A stretch of DNA of 64,000 nucleotides from an uncultured Planctomycetaceae bacterium (GCA_963815195.1 CAWFGE010000013.1:288001-352000), one strand, 5' to 3'; positions 20,746-31,274 are shown, counted from the stretch's first letter. Numbers and translations: made by a program. The notes: generated by a model not told the origin, from the letters alone.

Positions 20746-21510
20746 TCATGCGGCGTGTCGGGCCGTCATCGGCAGGATGGCCGGTTGTTCTTCCGCCTGG
20801 CAGGCTTCCAGAAACGCTTCGAAGACTTGCATGTCCAAGGCCGAGGCCGTTTCGTTTTCGGGATGCCATTGCACGCCCAGGCAGAACCAGTCGGACGTGG
20901 ATTCGTACGCTTCAATCACGCCGTCGGGAGCGGTCGCGCACACGCGGAAGTGCGATGCAACCTGATCGACGGACATGTGGTGCTGGCTGTTGACGCGGAT
21001 TTCGCCGGGTCCATAGATTTTGTCCATGCGGGTTCCGGGCACGATATCGATAATGTGCCGGAGGCAGTTCTCGACCGAGTCCCGGTGGTGCAGGCTGCGG
21101 GGGATGTCTTCGGGAATGTGCTGGAACAACGTCCCGCCGCAGATGACGTTCATCGTTTGCATCCCCAAACCGATGGCAAGCGTGGGGATCCGCATTTCCA
21201 CGGCGAGTTTGCACAGTCGGCGGTCGAAGTCCTCCCGGCGGGTGGGCATGGAGCGGGTGTGCGGATGCCGCTCCATGCCGAGCCGAACGGGATCCAAATC
21301 GAAATTGCAGCCGGTCAAAACCAGGCCGTCGAGCAGTTCCAGGTATTGCCTTAAGTCGGCATCATCGGCCAGTGGGGGAATCAGCGAAGGCAGCCCCCCG
21401 GCCGCGGTGACCGAATCGTAATAGCCGGTGTTGACCCAGGTGAGCGGAATCGTGTCCTTCCGGGCCGCGCGAAACTCGCCATTGATACCGATGAGGGGTT
21501 TTCTGGACAT
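20746..21510 (-). CDS. Peptidase C26 / PuuD-like class I glutamine amidotransferase homologue
   Basis: KPLIGI, LDGLVLTG, VNSQHH, APDGVIEA, GVQWHPE; the nucleophile elbow reads AIGLGMQ. Confidence 0.9.
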   Translation of the reverse strand: MSRKPLIGINGEFRAARKDTIPLTWVNTGYYDSVTAAGGLPSLIPPLADDADLRQYLELLDGLVLTGCNFDLDPVRLGMERHPHTRSMPTRREDFDRRLCKLAVEMRIPTLAIGLGMQTMNVICGGTLFQHIPEDIPRSLHHRDSVENCLRHIIDIVPGTRMDKIYGPGEIRVNSQHHMSVDQVASHFRVCATAPDGVIEAYESTSDWFCLGVQWHPENETASALDMQVFEAFLEACQAEEQPAILPMTARHAA

Positions 21511-22109
21511 TTTTCGGGTCCTTCCGTAATTGGGCGCGTCGATGCGCCGCCAGAAAAACAAAACAGGCGAACATGCCTGACGGGTCTTGTTGTGTTCCTC
21601 AAATGGATTCAGGGAATTGACGGAAGCTTCCACGCAGGAAATAATCGGCACGCGACCGCAAAGTAGCTGGACGGCTACGAAGAAAGCATCCCGTCTGTTT
21701 GTTCGTTTCCCTAAAACCAAATCGTTTGGTGGGAATGATGCTCAAGGCATCATCGTCAAGTCGCATGACAAATGCCGCCCAACAAGATTTGTTTGGGCCG
21801 CGTGCTTTCGATGGATGGATATTATTCTGGCTTGTTTGAGAAGTCTAGAATTTCATCGATTTTGGGATTTGGAGCCGCCGGAACCCGACATCTTGTGGTT
21901 CGTTAGGACACTCAGAAATCCTCCCTTTTGAGCGCGAATCGTGTAACATCAAAGTAATAAACCACTTGCGGCATCGACCAGAATTCCACCGCCACCCCGC
22001 CAAGTGGACGCTCCAGGGGTGTCTTACCGATTTTTTCTGAAAGTTTTTTCGGAAGACTGACCACGCGGCGATGTAGCAAACAAATGACACGCCCCGCCGG
22101 ACATTCCCT

Positions 22110-22589
22110 ATGACGTGGACCTGCTCGACCCATTCCGAAACGCAAACCGAACAGCTCGGCTCGCTGCTCGCGGGCGAATTGGCGGCCGGGATGGTCGTCG
22201 GTTTGGTCGGACCATTGGGCGCGGGAAAGACCCGGCTGGTCAAAGCGCTGGCGGCGGCGCTCGGCGTGGACCGCGATGATGTGAGCAGCCCCACCTTCGT
22301 GTTGATTCAGGAATACCCGGCCCGCATTCCGCTTTTCCATTTCGACGCCTACCGCCTCCGCGACGTGGAGGAGTTTTTGGAATTGGGAGCCGAGGAATTG
22401 ATGGCCTCAGACGGCGTGTGCCTCATCGAATGGGCCGACCGCGTGACCGATGTCTTGCCGCCGGACACGCTGTGGATCGAGATCCGCCTCGTGTCTCCCA
22501 CGTCGCGCGAATGGGAGTTTCGCGCGGACGATCCGCAAACGGAACGCGTCATCGCCCGGCTCCGCGAAAAATGGGAACCCCCGGCCTGA
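22110..22589 (+). CDS. tsaE: tRNA threonylcarbamoyladenosine biosynthesis ATPase
   Basis: GPLGAGKT, SSPTFVLIQEY, HFDAYRL, IEWAD. Confidence 0.97.
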   Translation: MTWTCSTHSETQTEQLGSLLAGELAAGMVVGLVGPLGAGKTRLVKALAAALGVDRDDVSSPTFVLIQEYPARIPLFHFDAYRLRDVEEFLELGAEELMASDGVCLIEWADRVTDVLPPDTLWIEIRLVSPTSREWEFRADDPQTERVIARLREKWEPPA

Positions 22590-22630
22590 CAGAGAGCCGG
22601 GTGCGTGTTTCAGAAAAGTAGGTAGGACTT

Positions 22631-22710
22631 GGGTGGCACGTCCCTGAGCTCCAGCGAAGGGCGTGGCCATCACCAAGACCACGCCCTTCGTGCCTCAGGC
22701 CGTGCCACCC
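22631..22710. repeat. Long palindromic REP-like element
   Basis: GGGTGGCACG..CCTGAG..CGAAGGGCGTGG / CCACGCCCTTCG..CTCAGG..CGTGCCACCC. Confidence 0.7.
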
Positions 22711-22846
22711 GCCCCGGACCTTCGGTCCTTTTCTGATGACAGTGAAAATGAAATAATGCAATCTGCCGACGGCGTGTTTCCAGAAGCGGGGGAGATCGGC
22801 GATCTAAACTTTTCAACGGGGCCACCAATCCTCAAGCGAGGGGCTT

Positions 22847-23914
22847 ATGCGACCAATCATTCTTGTTGGTTTGATCTCCGTTTTGCTGCTCGGTTTTGCC
22901 CGGCGCCATCCCGCGGCGGAGAACGAACAGGCTGACGAGGCAAGGCGTGCCAAGAGCGATCCGGCGAGGCTCGCTCGACTCCGCAAGGCCAAGATGCCCG
23001 ACATCAAAAAGCCCGTGATGTTTAATACGCCCGAAGCCGATGCCATTCTCTCGGCGCTCGAAGTCTTTCCGCCGGACAACGCGTTCAACCAGGTCGTCGA
23101 GGCATGGCCCCGGCATCCCAACTCCGAGAAGATCATCGACTCGATCGGTGCGGGCAAGCCGTTCCGCTATAACCCCGACATGGCCTTTGTGCTCGTGCCG
23201 CCCGGCCAGGCGCGCGTCAAGGTGAAACTTGTCGAATATCCAAACGAGTCGGATCCCGGCCCCTATCCCGTGCCCGATAACATTCCCATCGAAGGCTGGC
23301 CCGCCGCGTTCGAGCGGGGGCAGGCCAAAGCCCCCACATTGGCCGAAGTGCAGCGTCGCCCGGCGAAGTACGCAGGCGACCGCCACGCCATTGTGGTCGA
23401 TGCCCAAAACCGTATGCTCTACGAGTTTTTCACCTTTGGAAAAACGCCCGAGGGTTGGGCGGCCGGCCAGGCCTCGATTTTCGACTTGAAGACGAACAAG
23501 CTGCGGCCGGACGGGTGGACCTCGGCGGACGCGGCGGGCTTGCCGATCTTTCCCGCGGTCGTGCGTTACGACGAGATCGAGCGCGGGATCGTCGAGCATG
23601 CCATGCGCGTGACCGTCCGCCGCACGCGCCGGGCCTACGTACATCCCGCCACCCACGACGCGAGCCGGTTCACCGACGAGAACCTCCCCCGCATGGGGGA
23701 ACGCCTCCGCTTGCGGGCGGACTTTGACACCAGCAAATTTACTCCGCCGGTCCAGGCCATCTTGAAAGGCCTCAAGAAATTCGGCATGTTCGTCGCCGAC
23801 AACGGAATCGACTGGGCGATTTCCGTCGCGCCCGATCCGCGGATTCCCGTCCTGCACGAGGAACTTCGAAAAATCAAAGGCTCTGATTTCGAAGTCGTCG
23901 TCGCGCCGCAATAA
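22847..23914 (+). CDS. Secreted conserved hypothetical protein
   Basis: Signal peptide; motifs GDRHAIVVD, LRPDGWTSADAAGLPI, HAMRVT, LKKFGMFVADNG; function unknown. Confidence 0.8.
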   Translation: MRPIILVGLISVLLLGFARRHPAAENEQADEARRAKSDPARLARLRKAKMPDIKKPVMFNTPEADAILSALEVFPPDNAFNQVVEAWPRHPNSEKIIDSIGAGKPFRYNPDMAFVLVPPGQARVKVKLVEYPNESDPGPYPVPDNIPIEGWPAAFERGQAKAPTLAEVQRRPAKYAGDRHAIVVDAQNRMLYEFFTFGKTPEGWAAGQASIFDLKTNKLRPDGWTSADAAGLPIFPAVVRYDEIERGIVEHAMRVTVRRTRRAYVHPATHDASRFTDENLPRMGERLRLRADFDTSKFTPPVQAILKGLKKFGMFVADNGIDWAISVAPDPRIPVLHEELRKIKGSDFEVVVAPQ

Positions 23915-24074
23915 GCGAAGCGCCAATTTGTCCCGCCGGGAATCCCGGAAAAGTTTTGGAAAAATGGGCTACGGTGGTGTAGGATCGGGGGTGAATCCGA
24001 ATCGGTGAATTGCATCGGCGACAAGCCGTTCCTTGCGTTTCCCCAATCCGTCCTCATTCAAAGGAGGTGCCCCC

Positions 24075-25608
24075 ATGGCCGGCCGGGAGTCCCATTGTCG
24101 CGAAACCGAGATTGGATACAGTCTTCCACACCTTTTAGGCCTGGTGAGCATTTTGGCGGGGATGGGGATCGTGGTCTTCATTTTCACCCGGCCGCAACCG
24201 GAACCGGCTCGCGGCGAAAAAGACCCTGCCTCAACGCTGGCCGTGCAAGATCGTACCGCGGCGAAAACTTTCGTTCCCATTCCGCCCGCGATTGCGGAAC
24301 GGGCACCGTTCCTTCCTCCAGGTCCAAGAGAAAACGATTTGACGGGAGCGGTCGCCGTCGCAGAAAAGCCTGCGGTCAAGTTGGCCCGGACCGAAACCCC
24401 GCCTGATCCTTCGCCTTATTTTTATCCCTCGATGGAATTGGAGTTGGAAGAGCACCTCGGCCGGAATGTGCCCACGGTGGGGCTGGATTCTGAAACAAGC
24501 CGGCGAGCTTGTCCGAACGCTGCGAGGCCCCCAGAAGGAAAACGAGAATCTCCAAGGGCCGGAAGAAGCGGTGCTTTCGCTGCTCGACGAGGCCACGCGG
24601 AAGGGGTTGCCGTTCCAGGAAAAAAGCCGCTGCCAGCTTGACGAGAGCTCGGCGAAATCCCTCGAAAAGTTCTCCGGAATGTTGCATGCGAAGAAACGCG
24701 ACGTGGACCGCTTCGTTCAGATGTCTGCTTCTTCTGCGAGCGCGAGCTCCGCCGAATTGGACCCGAAGTTCTCTACGCTTGCTTACGCCTTGGAGCACGG
24801 CAGCCAATGGAAGGCGAAGGAAGCGGTGCCGGCGCTTGTGCAGATCCTCGAAGCCGAGCCCGCCCCGGTCCGCGGGCAACTCGTCAAGATGCTGGCGGCC
24901 CATCCGGGGCCGGAGACTACCCGCGCCCTCGTGGACCGGGCCGTTTATGATGTGTCTCTGCAGGTTCGCTATTCCGCGAACGCCGTGCTCCTGAATCGTC
25001 CGCCGGCCGAGTCTCGCCAACGACTGCTCGAAGCCCTCCGCTATCCGTGGGATCCGGTGGCCTGGCACGCCGCCGAGACGCTCGTGCTCCTCAAAGATGA
25101 AAAAGCCGTCCCCGCGCTCATCAAACTTTTGGATGCCCCCGACCCGGCGCAGCCGTTCGCGGACGTGTCGGGCCAGATGGTGGTCCGGGAATTGGTGCGG
25201 GTCAATCACATGCGGAATTGTTTGCTCTGCCACGCCCCGTCTCGGAAAAACTCTGATCTGGTCTCGGCCCCCGTTCCCGTTCCGAACAGGCGGCCCTTCG
25301 CCGCGTATTACGGAAAGCGTCGATTTTCGGGGCTCGTGCTCGTGCGGGCGGACGTGACGTACCTCCGGCAGGATTTTTCGCACGTGCACCACGTGAAGGA
25401 TGCCAACCCCTGGCCCGAAGAGCAGCGGTTCGATTACTTCGTGCGAACGCGCCCGGCCACGCCGGAGGAGACGGCGGCCCTCAAAGACCAGCCTCCCGCA
25501 GAGAGAACCAACTACCCGCAACGGCAGGCCGTGCTCACTGCCTTGCGAAAGCTCACGGGCCGGGACCTGGGCACAAGCTCCACGAATTGGCGGCGGTTGA
25601 ATCTTTGA
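24075..25608 (+). CDS. Membrane-anchored HEAT-repeat protein with a CxxCH motif (apparent 1-nt insertion ~24500)
   Basis: AAGGAGGT RBS, N-terminal TM, HEAT-like repeats (AVPALVQIL, AVPALIKLL), NHMRNCLLCH. Confidence 0.7.
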
Positions 25609-25723
25609 AACCCCGCGAGTCGGCCCGTCTTCGTTTGAGTCGCCGTCAATCAACGATTTTCTGTTGGAGATCGAAGCCCGATCCCTCGAACGTAGCGGTA
25701 CAAGATGCCTGACACGCTCGCCT

Positions 25724-27004
25724 TTAGGTTTGTTTTTCCGGGACGGGATTAAAGTCCAATGTGTCGGCGGGGACCATTTCTTGTTTGGTTTCGTCCCAGC
25801 CCATCATGCGGCCCGAACGCCAGGATTCGTTGGCCATGTTGACCGCGGCCACGCCCGCCATGCCGAGTTCCACCGGGCAGTTCAAGGGCTCGCCGTTTCG
25901 GAGGTGGTTGTGCAGGTTGGTGTGGTGCAGGTGGATGTCTTCGCCACCGGTCTTTTTGTGCTCGGCAAGGACCTGGTCGTCTTTGTCCTTGGCGACCCAG
26001 CCGGAGCCTGTGAAATACATCGTCCCGCGGTAGCCGCGGATCAGGTGATCGACGCCCACGCGGTTACTCATCGTGCCCAGGACATAGACCGTCATCCCCC
26101 GCGGGTATTCGCAGATCATCTCGAAGTTGTCCGGCAGATCCCGGCCGTCGGGCCATTGCCAGATCCCGCCCATGCCCGCGACTCGGCGGGGGAACTGCAG
26201 CTTGCAGGCTTTCATAATCCGCGTGATGCGGTGGATGAAGAGGTCCGTCGCGATCCCGCCGGAGTAGGCCGCGTAGCAGCGCCATTCAAAATAGTGGTTC
26301 GGGTTCCAGGGCACTTTGGGGGCATGGCCGAGCCAATCGTCCCAGTTCAGGTCCGCGGGTTTGGGCATGTCCTCTTTGAGCGGAGGCCGGCTCCGCCAGG
26401 GGCCTTGCGTGTCGTAGCGGCGGACGTATTCGATCTGAGCCTGGACGACCTGGCCCAGCACGCCGTCTTCGATGGCTTTCGCGGCGGAGCTGTAGCTGTC
26501 GTCGGACATGGCCTGCACGCCGACTTGCAAAGGCATGCCGGTTTCCTTCTGCTTTTTCATCACCTCGAGGCCTTGCGGGATCGTGTGCGTCATCGGCTTT
26601 TCGCAGTACACGGCTTTGCCGGCGTCCATCGCAGCCATTGTCATCGTGGAATGCCAATGCTCCGGCGTGGCGATGGTGACGTAGTCGATGTCCGCGATCT
26701 CCAGCAGCTTGCGGTAATCGGTGAAGGCCTGCTTGGCCCCGATGCGGGCGGCCCCTTCTTCCGCGCGTTTTTTCCAGCAGTCGGCGACGGCGATGGATTC
26801 GAGATTGTTCGTTTCCTTGAGGCGTTTGTGGGCGTTGAGATGATTGGTCCCCATGCCGCCGGCCCCGATAAAGCCCACGCGGATCCGCGAGTTCGCGCCC
26901 AGAACCCGGCCGTAACTCGCCGCGGTCATGCCCGCCGTCGCCAGGCCCGCGGCTCCCGCCGTGTACAGAAACGACCGCCGAGACACATTTGGTGAATCCA
27001 TCAT
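25724..27004 (-). CDS. Tat-exported Gfo/Idh/MocA oxidoreductase
   Basis: SRRSFL Tat motif, GFIGAGGMG, IATPEHWH, YCEKPM. Confidence 0.93.
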   Translation of the reverse strand: MMDSPNVSRRSFLYTAGAAGLATAGMTAASYGRVLGANSRIRVGFIGAGGMGTNHLNAHKRLKETNNLESIAVADCWKKRAEEGAARIGAKQAFTDYRKLLEIADIDYVTIATPEHWHSTMTMAAMDAGKAVYCEKPMTHTIPQGLEVMKKQKETGMPLQVGVQAMSDDSYSSAAKAIEDGVLGQVVQAQIEYVRRYDTQGPWRSRPPLKEDMPKPADLNWDDWLGHAPKVPWNPNHYFEWRCYAAYSGGIATDLFIHRITRIMKACKLQFPRRVAGMGGIWQWPDGRDLPDNFEMICEYPRGMTVYVLGTMSNRVGVDHLIRGYRGTMYFTGSGWVAKDKDDQVLAEHKKTGGEDIHLHHTNLHNHLRNGEPLNCPVELGMAGVAAVNMANESWRSGRMMGWDETKQEMVPADTLDFNPVPEKQT

Positions 27005-27233
27005 CTTCAATCCCGTGTGTTAGAGTGCAAAATTGTGGGGCAAAAGGAAGAAAATCGCCCCAGCAGGATTTCATGGTAAACCGAGACTCCGCACGCCGCA
27101 ATTCCGAGGGAGATTTTGCGAGCCGAGGGTGCGTGCTTCACAAGAACCATCAGCGGCTGGGCGCTAAGCCGGAGGCTAGCGCCTACCGCTCAGATGTTCA
27201 AAAACCGCGGGCCGCGATTCTCAATCGAGAGTT

Positions 27234-28301
27234 TTACTTCAAGAGATCGCTGATGGAGCCGCCTTCTTCGTGGGTGCGGCGGATGGCTTGGGCGAACATC
27301 ATCGCGGTGGGGATGAGAAACAAGCGGTCGTGCCAGGTCTTGGCGTCCAGCCGGAACGGTTGGATGGTGTCGGCGACGACCAGCCGCTTCACGCCGTTCA
27401 AATGCTGGCCGGCCCGGCCGACGAAGAGGCCGTGCGTTGCGCACGCGGCCCAGACTTCGCCGCCGTGCTTTTCCACGGCCCGCATCGCCGCGGCGATCGT
27501 GCTGCCGCTGGAAATCAGGTCGTCGAGAATGATCACCCGCTTGCCTTTCACGTCGCCGACGATTTTGCTGGCGATGACTTCGTTCCCGCTGATGCGTTCC
27601 TTGTCGAGATAGACCACGTCGATCTGGTTGCCCATGTGCAGGCGTTTTTCCAAAGCGCTCCGAAAGCGTTTGGCCCGGCCCATGCCGCCGCTGTCCGGGG
27701 CGAGAATCGCGACGTTTTGGGGATCGTTGATCAGCGGATCGGGAATGTGCACATCGACATATTGCGGCTCGCCGTCCGCACCGTGCCCCGCATCGACGCC
27801 GCACAGAAAATCCGCGAGCAGGTTCTTGGCTTCCAGCGTGTCGGTGGGAATGCGGAAGGCGTTCTGAAAGGCCGAGAGGTTGTGCACGTCCATCGCCAGC
27901 ACGCGATCCACGCCCACGGCTTCGATGGCCTGGGCGAAATACTTGATGCTGATCGGGGCCCGGCTTTCGGTTTTTCGGTCCTGGCGGGCAAAGGGCAGAT
28001 AAGGCGTGACCAGCGTGATCCGCCGAGCCGAGGCGTCCCGCAGCGATCCGATGAAGAGCATCGCCTTGGTGAACTTCTCGCCGACGGACTGATCCTGCCC
28101 GGAATACAGCGAGGTGATGACGTACACATCGCAACCGCGGACGTTCTCGTCGCTGCGGACGTAAGGCTCCTTGTCGGCGAAATATTTCTCGATGTGCCGG
28201 GAGAGGGGCACATCCAAATACCGCGCCACCCGCTGCGCGTATTGCCGCGAACCGTCCAAACCGAATAGCCGGAAATTATTCAAACCTCGACTCCCCTCCA
28301 C
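27234..28301 (-). CDS. prs: Ribose-phosphate pyrophosphokinase
   Basis: ENVRGCDV, PYLPFARQDRK, APDSGG, ILDDLISSGST, THGLF. Confidence 0.95.
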   Translation of the reverse strand: MEGSRGLNNFRLFGLDGSRQYAQRVARYLDVPLSRHIEKYFADKEPYVRSDENVRGCDVYVITSLYSGQDQSVGEKFTKAMLFIGSLRDASARRITLVTPYLPFARQDRKTESRAPISIKYFAQAIEAVGVDRVLAMDVHNLSAFQNAFRIPTDTLEAKNLLADFLCGVDAGHGADGEPQYVDVHIPDPLINDPQNVAILAPDSGGMGRAKRFRSALEKRLHMGNQIDVVYLDKERISGNEVIASKIVGDVKGKRVIILDDLISSGSTIAAAMRAVEKHGGEVWAACATHGLFVGRAGQHLNGVKRLVVADTIQPFRLDAKTWHDRLFLIPTAMMFAQAIRRTHEEGGSISDLLK

Positions 28302-28530
28302 CGGCGGGAGCCTCGAACGGATCGATGTCTGGGCCCCTCATGCGCGACGGCGATTGTTAAGAATTTCTGTTTCTTGCACATTACGCTCCGAACGATTTCC
28401 GGGTCAAGCGCAGCGGCGGAGTTTGTCGGCAAAAGACGGGTTTCACCCCTGTTGGCGGAACCGGGTTGACTTATTCTCACGCGATTTGGCTGACCGGTGC
28501 GGTTCGCCACGCCCTTCGAGGACCGAGGAA

Positions 28531-29295
28531 TTACACGTGGATTGCGGCCCCGCCGTCGACGGTGAGGGTCTCGCCTTGGACCAGATCCGACAGCGGGCTC
28601 GACAGAAACAGCACGACGTTCGCGACGTCATCCGCTTCCAGCACGCGGTCGCCCATCATGCTTTTTTCGGTGCGGCCGGCGAACATGCGGTCGGCGAAGG
28701 GGATTTTGCGGGTGGAATCGGTCTCGACGAGGCCGGCTTTGACGACGTTCACATTCACCCCGCGGTCGCCGACTTCCAGCGTCAAATGCCGGGCGATGCT
28801 TTCGAGCGCGGCTTTCGATCCGCCGATGAGTCCATACATGGGGAGTGCCATGTGCGAGCCGTGGCTGGAAATCGCCACGACCTTGGCCCGGCCTTCGCTC
28901 TTTTGTAAGAGCGGCAACGCGGCCCGGACGAGATACACGAGGCTCAACACGTTGGTGCTCATCGTGGTCTGGAAATGCCTCGCGTTTGCGGCAAGCAGCG
29001 GGCGAAATCCGCCGGTCGCGGCGTTGCTGACGACGATGTCCAATCGCCCGATGTTTTGAGCCACGAAGTCCATCATCGATTCCACATCATCTTCTTCGCC
29101 CACGTCGGCTTTGATGACATACGCCCGCCGGCCCATGCCGACGACTTCGCGGGCGACCTCCATCGCGGCTGCCTTGGAAGTGACGTAGTTGATGATGACA
29201 TCGGCCCCGGCCTGGGCGAATTTCAAAGCACATGCCCGCCCGATGCCCCGCGAAGCGCCGGTCACCAAAGCCACTTTGCCGTCCAAATGAATCAT
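28531..29295 (-). CDS. SDR, FabL-like enoyl-ACP reductase (last gene of the PKS operon)
   Basis: ALVTGASRGIG, VSNAATG, Y-x6-K motif YGLIGGSKAALE as in FabI/FabL enoyl reductases. Confidence 0.8.
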   Translation of the reverse strand: MIHLDGKVALVTGASRGIGRACALKFAQAGADVIINYVTSKAAAMEVAREVVGMGRRAYVIKADVGEEDDVESMMDFVAQNIGRLDIVVSNAATGGFRPLLAANARHFQTTMSTNVLSLVYLVRAALPLLQKSEGRAKVVAISSHGSHMALPMYGLIGGSKAALESIARHLTLEVGDRGVNVNVVKAGLVETDSTRKIPFADRMFAGRTEKSMMGDRVLEADDVANVVLFLSSPLSDLVQGETLTVDGGAAIHV

Positions 29296-29316
29296 GGGTT
29301 TCTCGATGTTGCAGGA

Positions 29317-29352
29317 TTAAGAGTAAGATTAAGATTAAGATTAAGATTAAGA
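29317..29352. repeat. Hexamer microsatellite (TTAAGA)n, about 6 units
   Basis: TTAAGA GTAAGA TTAAGA TTAAGA TTAAGA TTAAGA between the Rieske and SDR genes. Confidence 0.85.
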
Positions 29353-29355
29353 ATT

Positions 29356-30492
29356 TTAGCCGACCATCACCGGGTCTTCGACATTCGCGTTGGTTTTATC
29401 GCGGATGTATTCTTGGAAATGGAACAGCCGCTCTTCGCGGATGGAGATCAACCCGCGGGACGGATGCTGGCCTGATTCCATGCCTTTCTGGATGTCGGGC
29501 ATAATGCTCGTGTCTTCGGTATGCACCGTCGGCCAGAACTTGCGGCCCCAATGCCTGAGTCCCCGGTACAGCAGATAACTTCCCAACCGCCCCGGTTCGC
29601 CGGAATACACGAAGACCTTCGCAAGAATCCGCGAGCGGTGCGGGTTGATGGGGAACACCGCCTCGGCAAACGAGAACAGGGCCATTTTCCCGTACATCGT
29701 GTTGGGGTAGTAATGATAGTGCTTGTATTCGTTGTCGAACTCCCGCCGGGCCAGGCGATGCACCAACACGTTCAAGCGGTGGTCGATTTCCCGGTCGGCC
29801 CGCTGCGTGGTGGCATACGTCGTCCAGCCGTCTTCCAATTCATGAAAGCAAATCTCCGCCTCCGGCGACGAGCGGAACGTGTTGGGATGCACGTAGTCCA
29901 CGTGGTAGCTTTCCAGCGAATTCTCGATCTTGATTTTCCAGTTGCATTCGACTTCGTAATCCAGCGACAGGATCAGCCGCCGGTCCATCCCGAACAGGTT
30001 CTGGGCGATTTCGTAGCCCGGCCCCAACTGTTCGGACAACGGCGGCGGGTTGTCGCTGAGGTTCACGAAGATCAACCGGCCCGCGGTCTCGGTGTGGTAT
30101 TTGATTAAACCGAGTTCGCCTTGCTTCATGGGTTTGAAGCTGCGGGCGTCGGGGATTTTTCTGGTGTTTCCCGTCTCGTCGAACTCCCAGCCGTGGTATT
30201 GGCAGCACAGCCGTTCTTTCGCCTGGCCGCATTTCGCGTGGGTCAGCATGGAGAATCGGTGCGGACACACATTGAGCAGCGTGTGCAGCTCGCCGTCTTT
30301 GTTCCAGACGATTATGGGCCTGCCGAACAGTTCAAACGTCAGGAAGTCGCCGTCGTTCGGGATGTCCGTCAGCGTGCCCACGAACTGCCAACTGTCGCGG
30401 AACAGCCCGGCCATTTCCTGTTCGAGGTGCGCGTCCGAGGTGTAATGCTCGGGGCATAGCACCTGCGGCAGATGAGTTTCATGGATAAACAT
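29356..30492 (-). CDS. Rieske non-heme iron oxygenase, alpha subunit
   Basis: NVCPHR...CQYHGW Rieske ligands, NWKIKIENSLESYHVDYVH mononuclear Fe site, C-terminal ED. Confidence 0.93.
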   Translation of the reverse strand: MFIHETHLPQVLCPEHYTSDAHLEQEMAGLFRDSWQFVGTLTDIPNDGDFLTFELFGRPIIVWNKDGELHTLLNVCPHRFSMLTHAKCGQAKERLCCQYHGWEFDETGNTRKIPDARSFKPMKQGELGLIKYHTETAGRLIFVNLSDNPPPLSEQLGPGYEIAQNLFGMDRRLILSLDYEVECNWKIKIENSLESYHVDYVHPNTFRSSPEAEICFHELEDGWTTYATTQRADREIDHRLNVLVHRLARREFDNEYKHYHYYPNTMYGKMALFSFAEAVFPINPHRSRILAKVFVYSGEPGRLGSYLLYRGLRHWGRKFWPTVHTEDTSIMPDIQKGMESGQHPSRGLISIREERLFHFQEYIRDKTNANVEDPVMVG

Positions 30493-30506
30493 GGCTGCTT
30501 CCTCTT

Positions 30507-31274
30507 TTAGGAGATCCCCACCAAGACGGATCCTTGACGGGCGAGAACCGCGTCGGATTCCATTCGGCCGCCAATCGTCGGGACTTCCCGCAACGCGGCG
30601 GGTGTTTCGGAGACGATCGCTGTCACCGCAATGTGGCCGTCCACGTGCCAGGTCGTGATGCGGGAGCGGTCCTTCAATGAAGTTCCCTCATATCGGCAAT
30701 GATACGCGCCGCCCTCAACGGATAATACTTCAAACTTTCGGGGCACGAAACTTTCGCCGGTGCCCACGGCTTTATAGACGGCTTCCTTCACGGCCCAGCA
30801 CGCCGCGGCCTGGCGGGCATCGCCCCTTCGCAATCGCCGGCGCTCCTTGGCGGAAAACCAGAACACGAGCGACTGCGGGTTGAGATCTTCCGGCTCCGCC
30901 AGATCCACGCCGACGCGGATCGCGGGATTCAATGAGACGCCCACCAGCGCGCCCCGGCGGGAATGCGAAATCGAAACGTGCCACGGCTGCGGTTTTTGCT
31001 CAACGTGAACCAGCGGCCGCACCGCCCGGCCCTCACCGTCGCGGGAGAGGATTTCAATCTGCTTCCACTCCGTAAACCAAGGCAGGAGTTGCTCGGCGAG
31101 CAGCTCTTTCGCGAGCCAACGCCCGGCGAGCCATTGCCGGTGCCGGCTTTCGTCGCGGTAGCGCTCGCATTCGCGGCGTTCCGCTTCGCTCAGCCAGTCG
31201 GCCGGTTCGGTTTCCCAGGCGGGCTGGATATTTTCAAAGGATCGATAACAGACCCAAATATTACGAGACAGCAT
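30507..31274 (-). CDS. Sfp-type 4'-phosphopantetheinyl transferase
   Basis: SISHS, VGVDL, WAVKEAVYKA. Confidence 0.93.
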   Translation of the reverse strand: MLSRNIWVCYRSFENIQPAWETEPADWLSEAERRECERYRDESRHRQWLAGRWLAKELLAEQLLPWFTEWKQIEILSRDGEGRAVRPLVHVEQKPQPWHVSISHSRRGALVGVSLNPAIRVGVDLAEPEDLNPQSLVFWFSAKERRRLRRGDARQAAACWAVKEAVYKAVGTGESFVPRKFEVLSVEGGAYHCRYEGTSLKDRSRITTWHVDGHIAVTAIVSETPAALREVPTIGGRMESDAVLARQGSVLVGIS

